Positions 35,160 to 41,297 of a stretch of 41,297 nucleotides of DNA are shown piece by piece; within the stretch, counting starts at the first letter, position 1; each line of letters begins with the position of its first letter. The translations under genes and the position numbers were made by a program. The stretch lies in sequence record MZ936314.1; one strand, written 5' to 3'. The notes under the pieces are model-generated. The model made no database searches. It had not been told where the DNA came from and saw only the letters and a program-made list of their open reading frames with translations. Origin of the DNA: Acinetobacter phage APK86.

Positions 35160-37322
35160 ATGAACATACTACGATCATTTACAGAGACGGTGGTGACTAC
35201 ACCTACAGATACTTTCCCTATCAGTTTTGAATATGATGAGAAATATGATGCTGTACACGTCTTTCTTGATGACGTAGCAGTTGAAGATTTGGGGTACATT
35301 GTATCCCAAGTCAACGCTGTTACTTTAAAGATTGAACCAGCCATTCCATCTGGTACTGTACGTATAGAACGTGAGACCGATATTGATAAGATGTTGTATA
35401 TCTTTGATGCAGGTGCATTGTTTATTGATCAAAACGTGGATGCGGATTTTAGACAAATCGTACACTCTCAACAAGAGGTACGAGACGGTTTTATTAAATT
35501 ACGTGGTGATGTGCTACCACTAGTACACGGTTTAGAAGAAGCCCTTAAAGCCGTTAATGAAGCTGCTAGTGCTGCTAAAGACGCTGCGGACGCTGCTGTT
35601 GAAGCTGCCGAAGATGCTTCTGATGCGCTCGCTAAAATCAGTGGTGCTATAATCGCTATAGACAATATTCAGGATTTACTTGCCCTAGCTAACCCTAAGC
35701 AAGGTCAAGTTGTACATGTACGATCATATCATGCTGGATGGGCTATGGTTGAACCTTATCGACCTTTAGGTGGTGGTACATTCTACTACGACACTACTAA
35801 AGCAAGTGTTAATAACGGTGTGTATATCTTTAATGGTTGGGTACGACTCATTGCTGGCTCTACGTTATCTGTACATGATGCTGGTGCTAGAGGGGATAAG
35901 ACTACAAGCGATTCAGTAGCGATTAATAAGTTGATGCAATCTCTATGGGATTTAGGTTTACATTCAAACGGGCAGTTGAATCCAGATTCATTCACTATTA
36001 CTTTTGAAGGTAATTTAGAGTATTACTTAGACGAACCTATCTTACAAGCTCCGAACACTACACTACGAGGTAATGGGTGTACTCTGTGGGGTAATGCTCG
36101 TACTAACAATGGTATTCATACCGCTTATTGGGTTAATGGTGTATTGACAGATTTAACGCCTAAACCGCTAGAAACACAAATGCTATTCCGTACACATATC
36201 GAAGGGTTCTTATTTAAAGAGTTTAAGTACTCCATGAACTTACGAGGTATGACCTTTGGTTGTTCAGTTGTGGATTGTTCTACACGGGGTGGTATTCGAC
36301 ACATCAACTCTATTGAACATTACTTCCTACATGTGGTGCGTAATAAAGCTGAGGCTTGTGAGTTAGGTTACTACTTCTCAACATTCAGCGGTATGCTACA
36401 GTTCCAAACTGTATCAGCATCTAACTGTACACTAGGCTTCCATTTCGCTTCTGCTGCACAAGCAGTACGTATCAGTAACATTGCTGCTGAGCAGTGTACT
36501 AATGGTATATTTATTGAAGGTTCTGGTAATACAGGTGGTATTTCAATTCGAAGCTCTTACTTTGAAGGTATCTCAGGTAAGGCGGTTGAATTATCGACTA
36601 ATACATATGGCTCATGCCGTATTGGGGATAGCTTTGTAAATATCACAGGTACGTTAGCTAAAGAAACTGGTAACTGTAAATTCATCATTGAGGACGATAA
36701 CTGGTTGCAGTCTTATGGTGTATTGTTGGATGCATCTACATCTACTACATCAAGATCGAAGACCATTCAGAACCCAGTTCAACATAACGGGGGTAGTTCT
36801 GCACCTAACTCACCTAATGGTACAAATCTAGATAAGAACTTGTTTAACGGTGGTTCTTGTCGTTTATGGGCGTGTAATACTCATGAGCAGATTATCGCTC
36901 AGAAGGACACTAACTCAGGTAATACAGTTGCGTTGCACAGACACTACTTCTCTGCAATCCCATATCAGTATTATGGTCATCAAGGCACACCTCCTAGTAA
37001 TGTAGTACCATTCTGCTCGCACACTGCTAATGGTGGTAGTGCTGTTACAAATATTGTGATTACTACATCTATTACAGCCAATAATTTTAGTACAGGTATG
37101 TTTAACTTAGAGTTAACACACGGTGGTACTAATATTACTACGCTAGGTGGTAGATTCTACGGTACTAATATGGTTAAGGACGTAGCTATTACGAACGGTA
37201 GTGCCAACACTACACTAACAGTTAGTGGTGCCAACGTTGGTGGGGTACTTGTAATTACTGTTGGAAACTTAACAGGCGATTCTTCTAATTACCGTTGTCG
37301 AGGACTTATTAAACTTATTTAA
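35160..37322 (+). CDS. Tailspike; probable polysaccharide depolymerase with a right-handed beta-helix
   Basis: About 720 aa. The N-terminal ~130 aa is adaptor-like. The remainder is rich in G, N, T and S with short repeats, typical of pectate-lyase-fold tailspikes. It is the last virion gene before the lysis cassette. The ATG at 35160 is preferred over the TTG at 35151. Confidence 0.65.
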   Translation: MNILRSFTETVVTTPTDTFPISFEYDEKYDAVHVFLDDVAVEDLGYIVSQVNAVTLKIEPAIPSGTVRIERETDIDKMLYIFDAGALFIDQNVDADFRQIVHSQQEVRDGFIKLRGDVLPLVHGLEEALKAVNEAASAAKDAADAAVEAAEDASDALAKISGAIIAIDNIQDLLALANPKQGQVVHVRSYHAGWAMVEPYRPLGGGTFYYDTTKASVNNGVYIFNGWVRLIAGSTLSVHDAGARGDKTTSDSVAINKLMQSLWDLGLHSNGQLNPDSFTITFEGNLEYYLDEPILQAPNTTLRGNGCTLWGNARTNNGIHTAYWVNGVLTDLTPKPLETQMLFRTHIEGFLFKEFKYSMNLRGMTFGCSVVDCSTRGGIRHINSIEHYFLHVVRNKAEACELGYYFSTFSGMLQFQTVSASNCTLGFHFASAAQAVRISNIAAEQCTNGIFIEGSGNTGGISIRSSYFEGISGKAVELSTNTYGSCRIGDSFVNITGTLAKETGNCKFIIEDDNWLQSYGVLLDASTSTTSRSKTIQNPVQHNGGSSAPNSPNGTNLDKNLFNGGSCRLWACNTHEQIIAQKDTNSGNTVALHRHYFSAIPYQYYGHQGTPPSNVVPFCSHTANGGSAVTNIVITTSITANNFSTGMFNLELTHGGTNITTLGGRFYGTNMVKDVAITNGSANTTLTVSGANVGGVLVITVGNLTGDSSNYRCRGLIKLI

Positions 37323-37335
37323 AGGAGAGTTAAAA

Positions 37336-37671
37336 TTGAACATCATAGATCAGGTCTATGCAGTTCTGATCTATGTATGGTCAGGCTTAGATAAATTGAT
37401 TGTGGGTGCTGCTGCTACATCTTTTGTAGTGGCACTGCTACGAACTAAGAAAGAGGATAATAAGTTCTCTTTTATTGAAGCATTACTTTGCGGTATCTTT
37501 ACAGCTATCGCATTAGTAGGTATGAGCTTCTTAGGAGCATTAACAGGTATCATTGTACCTGAAACATTAACTGCTGGTGCTGCTCACGTAGTAGCTGGCT
37601 TTATTGGTTGGTACGGTACAGTGCGAACTATGAAATATTTAGAAGGAAAGGTTTCAAATGATTCTGACTAA
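37336..37671 (+). CDS. Holin
   Basis: 111 aa with 2-3 hydrophobic helices and a charged C-terminus. TTG start 6 nt after an AAGGAGAG ribosome-binding site. It overlaps the endolysin start. Confidence 0.6.
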   Translation: MNIIDQVYAVLIYVWSGLDKLIVGAAATSFVVALLRTKKEDNKFSFIEALLCGIFTAIALVGMSFLGALTGIIVPETLTAGAAHVVAGFIGWYGTVRTMKYLEGKVSNDSD

Positions 37672-38215
37672 AGACGGTTTTAATATTATCCGTAATGAAT
37701 TATTCGGAGGTAAGTTAGATCAGGCTCAGGTAGATGCAATAATCTTTATTGTGACTTACTGTACCCAATACGATTTAACTTATCCAGAGGCAGCTTATTT
37801 ATTAGCTACCGTTTACCATGAGACGGGTTTACCGAGTGGTTATCGAACTATGCAGCCGATTAAAGAAGCTGGTTCTGATAGCTACCTTCGATCTAAGAAG
37901 TACTATCCGTATATTGGCTATGGTTATGTACAACTAACTTGGAAGGAGAACTACGAACGTATTGGTAAACTTATTGGAGTTGATCTGATTAAGAATCCTG
38001 AGAAAGCGCTAGAACCTTTAATTGCTATTCAGATTGCTATAAAAGGCATGTTGTATGGTTGGTTCACAGGTGTTGGATTCCGACGTAAACGTCCAGTTAG
38101 TAAGTACAACAAACAACAGTACGTAGCTGCTCGTAATATCATTAATGGGAAAGATAAGGCTGAACTTATAGCGAAGTACGCTATTATCTTTGAACGTGCT
38201 CTGCGGAGCTTATAG
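37658..38215 (+). CDS. Endolysin (lysozyme-like, GH19/chitinase-fold)
   Basis: 185 aa. From memory it closely resembles the 185-aa endolysins of Acinetobacter podophages of the LysAB2 type. It directly follows the holin. Confidence 0.65.
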   Translation: MILTKDGFNIIRNELFGGKLDQAQVDAIIFIVTYCTQYDLTYPEAAYLLATVYHETGLPSGYRTMQPIKEAGSDSYLRSKKYYPYIGYGYVQLTWKENYERIGKLIGVDLIKNPEKALEPLIAIQIAIKGMLYGWFTGVGFRRKRPVSKYNKQQYVAARNIINGKDKAELIAKYAIIFERALRSL

Positions 38216-38273
38216 GAGGATTTATGGACGGTTATGGTCTAAGTGTTGAAGGTTATGACGTTTAGGAGGGTTT

Positions 38274-38582
38274 ATGGCAGGTAAGAAAACAGGGGCTAGT
38301 GTTAGCCGTCTGTGCTTATTGCATGAGTTATTGGTAGATATGTTCATTAAAGATATTAAAGATGCTATCGAAGGTGATTACCCTTTAGCATCTGCTGATA
38401 AGAACGTTATCGTTACGTTCCTAAAGAATGAAAGTATCACAGCCACACCTGATGCAGATGGTATGGAGAAACTAAAAGAAGATTTGAAGGACCTATCAGA
38501 AGCACAACGTGCAAAGGTAGATGCTTTAGTAACGCAAGTTGAATCAGGTCAATTCGATGATCTGTTAGGACCTATACAATAA
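38274..38582 (+). CDS. Terminase small subunit
   Basis: 102 aa, immediately upstream of the large terminase. Ribosome-binding site TAGGAGGG. Confidence 0.55.
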   Translation: MAGKKTGASVSRLCLLHELLVDMFIKDIKDAIEGDYPLASADKNVIVTFLKNESITATPDADGMEKLKEDLKDLSEAQRAKVDALVTQVESGQFDDLLGPIQ

Positions 38583-38591
38583 GGAGTTGTT

Positions 38592-40529
38592 ATGATTGAT
38601 GCGACGTTCCGAGAACGCTTTAAAAGATTACGGGCACATGTTGCCCAACACAATGATAGACCAGAGTTAATCCCTAAAGAAGATCGTGAAATGTTCGCAT
38701 TAATGTTTGCAGGGTTATTCCTGAGTTTTCGAGACTTTGCTGAGTTAGGTATGGCTTATCTCGGGTTTAAGATGTCGGAGATTCAGGAGGACATTGCAGA
38801 CTACATGCAACATGGTTATAAGTACCGTATGGTGCAGGCACAACGTGGGCAGGCTAAGAGTACCTTAGCTGCTTTATACTGTATCTGGCGTCTTATACAG
38901 CGTCCTAAAGACCGCTGTTTGATTGTATCTGCTGGTGGTGATCAGGCTGACTCTATCGCGCTGATTATTACACGTATCATTAACCAATGGGATATTTTAT
39001 GTTGGATGCGTCCAGATACGACCAGAGGTGACAGGGATAGTGCTAAGAATTATGATATTCACTGTGACCTTAAAGGTATTGATAAATCCGCTTCTGTATC
39101 TTCTGTAGGTATCTCTGCACAGCTAGCAGGTAAACGTGCTGACTTTTTGTTAGCAGACGATATTGAGGTTATGCGTAACTCTATGACTCAAACAGAGCGT
39201 GAGAAGTTAGCATTACAAACTCGTGAGTTCTCAGCTATCTGTATTCATGGTGACATTATGTATTTAGGTACACCGCAGACTAAAGACTCTATTTATCGTG
39301 AACTACCTCGTCGTGGTTTTAGTGTTCGAGTTTGGACAGGTCGTTACCCTACAAATGAAGAATTAGAACGTTATGGTTCAGGTACAGAGATTGCACCTAT
39401 GATCATGAAACGTTTATTAGAAAATCCAGAGCTACAAACTGGCGGTGGTATCGAAGGTAATAGAGGACAACCTACTGACCCTAACCACATCGGTGAAGAA
39501 ACCCTACAATCTAAAGAGTTAGATTACGGTCCAGAAGGTTTTGCATTACAGTATATGTTAGATACAACATTATCTGATGAGATGCGTACCAAGATTAAAC
39601 TATCAGACATTCCTGTTGTGGGTACAGGTACAGATTCCGCACCAGAGGTGGTTCAGTACAAGTGTGATCCAACTACAGCGTATAAAGAATTAACACCAGC
39701 GATGACAGCCTTTCGTATGTATTGGGGTATTGGTTCTGAGAAGTCAGTACCGTTTGAACACAAGGTTATGATTATCGACCCTGCTGGTTCAGGTGGGGAT
39801 GAGATTGCATTCGCTACAGGTGCAGCTACTAACTCCTATATATATCTACTATCAGTAGGTGGTTTTAAGGGTGGTACAAAAGAAGAAAACTTAAATAAAG
39901 TTATCATGAAGATGGTTACGTCTGGCATTAAAGATTTAGATATCGAACGTAACATGGGTCATGGTACTGTTACTCAGTTAGTTGTAGCTCAAATTGAGAA
40001 GTTGCGTTTAAAGGCTTCTAAAGGCTCACAGGATGAAGATTTCCTTGAACTACTACAATCCTATGGGGTTACCCATTCAGAGCTTAACAGCGCGCTCTCA
40101 GGCGTTGCTGTGAATGATTATTTCGTTACTACTCAGAAAGAGCGTCGTATCATTGATACTATCTCTCCTGTGACTCGTCGTCATAAATTAGTAGTGACCA
40201 GCTCAGCTATTCAAGAAGATTGGGAATACTGTTTACAACACCCTATGGAAAAGCGTAATCAATATAGCTGTTTCTATCAATTAGGTAACATTACTTATGA
40301 TAGAGGTAGTCTGGTACATGATGACCGAGCTGACTGTGTACAACGGTTAGTAGAACGTCTATCACCCTTCCTAGCTAAAGATGATGAGGCTGGTGCAGTT
40401 AAACGTCGTGAGGAGGAGATTGCAGAGTGGCGACGTAATCCTATGGGTTATACACATGGTAAGTTCGCTAACACAGGTATGCGTAGAGGTTCGGGAACTA
40501 CTAAGAAGTTCGGAGGTCGCCGTAAATGA
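38592..40529 (+). CDS. Terminase large subunit
   Basis: 645 aa. It is the last large gene of the genome, as in phiKMV- and Friuna-like phages. Walker B-like motif LLADDIEV. Confidence 0.7.
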   Translation: MIDATFRERFKRLRAHVAQHNDRPELIPKEDREMFALMFAGLFLSFRDFAELGMAYLGFKMSEIQEDIADYMQHGYKYRMVQAQRGQAKSTLAALYCIWRLIQRPKDRCLIVSAGGDQADSIALIITRIINQWDILCWMRPDTTRGDRDSAKNYDIHCDLKGIDKSASVSSVGISAQLAGKRADFLLADDIEVMRNSMTQTEREKLALQTREFSAICIHGDIMYLGTPQTKDSIYRELPRRGFSVRVWTGRYPTNEELERYGSGTEIAPMIMKRLLENPELQTGGGIEGNRGQPTDPNHIGEETLQSKELDYGPEGFALQYMLDTTLSDEMRTKIKLSDIPVVGTGTDSAPEVVQYKCDPTTAYKELTPAMTAFRMYWGIGSEKSVPFEHKVMIIDPAGSGGDEIAFATGAATNSYIYLLSVGGFKGGTKEENLNKVIMKMVTSGIKDLDIERNMGHGTVTQLVVAQIEKLRLKASKGSQDEDFLELLQSYGVTHSELNSALSGVAVNDYFVTTQKERRIIDTISPVTRRHKLVVTSSAIQEDWEYCLQHPMEKRNQYSCFYQLGNITYDRGSLVHDDRADCVQRLVERLSPFLAKDDEAGAVKRREEEIAEWRRNPMGYTHGKFANTGMRRGSGTTKKFGGRRK

Positions 40530-40619
40530 CAGAGCAAGAAATTAAAGAAAGGCTATCTAAACATTGGTTAGTCATTAACACTGCTAAGCAGTTAGTACTA
40601 CTCGTAAAGGAGAAATTAA

Positions 40620-40823
40620 GTGAAAGTAAATCTATCAGCACTAAAGAAGATCAAGCACAGTGATGCAGTAAATGTAATTGGTACTCTAGGAACCATTGTA
40701 GAGAGCGCTAAGGCGGTTAATTCTGTTCAGGAGTACAAAGGTAAGGATAAGGTTAATAAAGGGCTATCAGGAGCTTCTAAAGCGCTAGATATTGCTGCTG
40801 TTATTCTTAACATTCTAAAGTAG
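40620..40823 (+). CDS. Hypothetical protein (67 aa, GTG start)
   Basis: AAGGAG ribosome-binding site 7 nt upstream of the GTG. No TM segment or lipobox. Confidence 0.35.
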   Translation: MKVNLSALKKIKHSDAVNVIGTLGTIVESAKAVNSVQEYKGKDKVNKGLSGASKALDIAAVILNILK

Positions 40824-40914
40824 TTTACTAAGGACTGTTAGTGACTTATGTGGGAAAGGTTCTCTTGCAAGTTATAGTTAAATCCAAAATTTGACATATA
40901 TTTGTGAAAGGGTC

Positions 40915-41297
40915 TCTCCCACCTAACCCGCCCCGCTTACCCCGTGTACCACCTCTACAGAGGAATTTCTAGGAACTCTCTTATCGAGAGTCCTTATCAT
41001 CCTTCCTCATCTTATAGTATGGGTAGTTCAGACCTACATATAGTAGTATGAAGAACAGTATCAATAGTACTATGAGTATTACATTCATAACGGTATTCCT
41101 TATCAACCTTATGGAATGCATCTTATCAATTATCTTATCAGTTGTCTACACCTTTCTTAATATATTTATATATAACGTCACTCTTCGAGTGTACAGTGCT
41201 AGGAATATCACTTAGCAGTACTTATCAACTACACTTATCAACATATATAGGAAGGTTCTAGGTTCTTTCTCTGAGCGTCTGTATTGGTTCGGTAGCT
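40915..41297. repeat. Right direct terminal repeat (identical to 1..383)
   Basis: Exact 383-bp identity with the left end. Confidence 0.9.

Noticed and set aside
34410-36307. Minus-strand ORFs 34410..34694, 35105..35344, 35468..35665, 35786..35995 and 36125..36307
   Set aside because: They are antisense to internal virion protein C and to the tailspike. The 35468..35665 ORF mirrors an Ala-rich coding stretch.
37371-37553. 60-aa minus-strand ORF in the holin gene
   Set aside because: Antisense shadow of the holin, which has an excellent ribosome-binding site.
38226-38267. 13-codon mini-ORF (MDGYGLSVEGYDV) with its own TAGGAGG ribosome-binding site between the endolysin and small terminase
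   Set aside because: It is too short to call. It may be a duplicated ribosome-binding-site and start context rather than a gene.

Overview
The window is a complete linear genome of a lytic T7-like podovirus (Autographiviridae), closed by 383-bp direct terminal repeats at 1..383 and 40915..41297 and about 40.9 kb long without one repeat copy. It is AT-rich. All convincing genes are on the + strand.

The gene order is phiKMV-like rather than T7-like. A host-transcribed early region runs from 1 to about 5.7 kb and carries σ70-type promoters and many small ORFs. The DNA metabolism block runs from 5.7 to 18 kb: primase, helicase, ligase, a family-A DNA polymerase, a 5'-3' exonuclease, an endonuclease VII, a phosphoesterase and a dNMP-kinase-like protein. 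The single-subunit RNA polymerase gene sits at the end of that block (18032..20449), not at the left end. The structural and lysis region follows: portal, scaffold, capsid, tail tubular proteins A and B, three internal virion proteins, a beta-helix tailspike, holin, endolysin, and the small and large terminase subunits.

The low GC content, the 185-aa lysozyme-like endolysin and the gene order together resemble Acinetobacter phiKMV-like phages of the Friunavirus type. That attribution is from memory, not a search.

Features worth a second look:
- a 439-bp tandem duplication just downstream of the RNA polymerase gene, in which the second copy of the polymerase 3' end and terminator has been converted almost exclusively G/C→A/T while the adjacent promoters and small ORF stay identical;
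- a recurring 23-nt phage-promoter-like motif, TTTGAAGTTACACT(T/A)ATAGAAGG;
- a DNA polymerase gene split by an HNH-AP2 homing endonuclease;
- three tandem small paralogous ORFs;
- a helix-turn-helix/metallophosphatase fusion;
- reiterated short repeats beside the left terminal repeat;
- a lysis cassette with no recognisable spanin.

I recognised no tRNA, integrase, repressor or CRISPR array.
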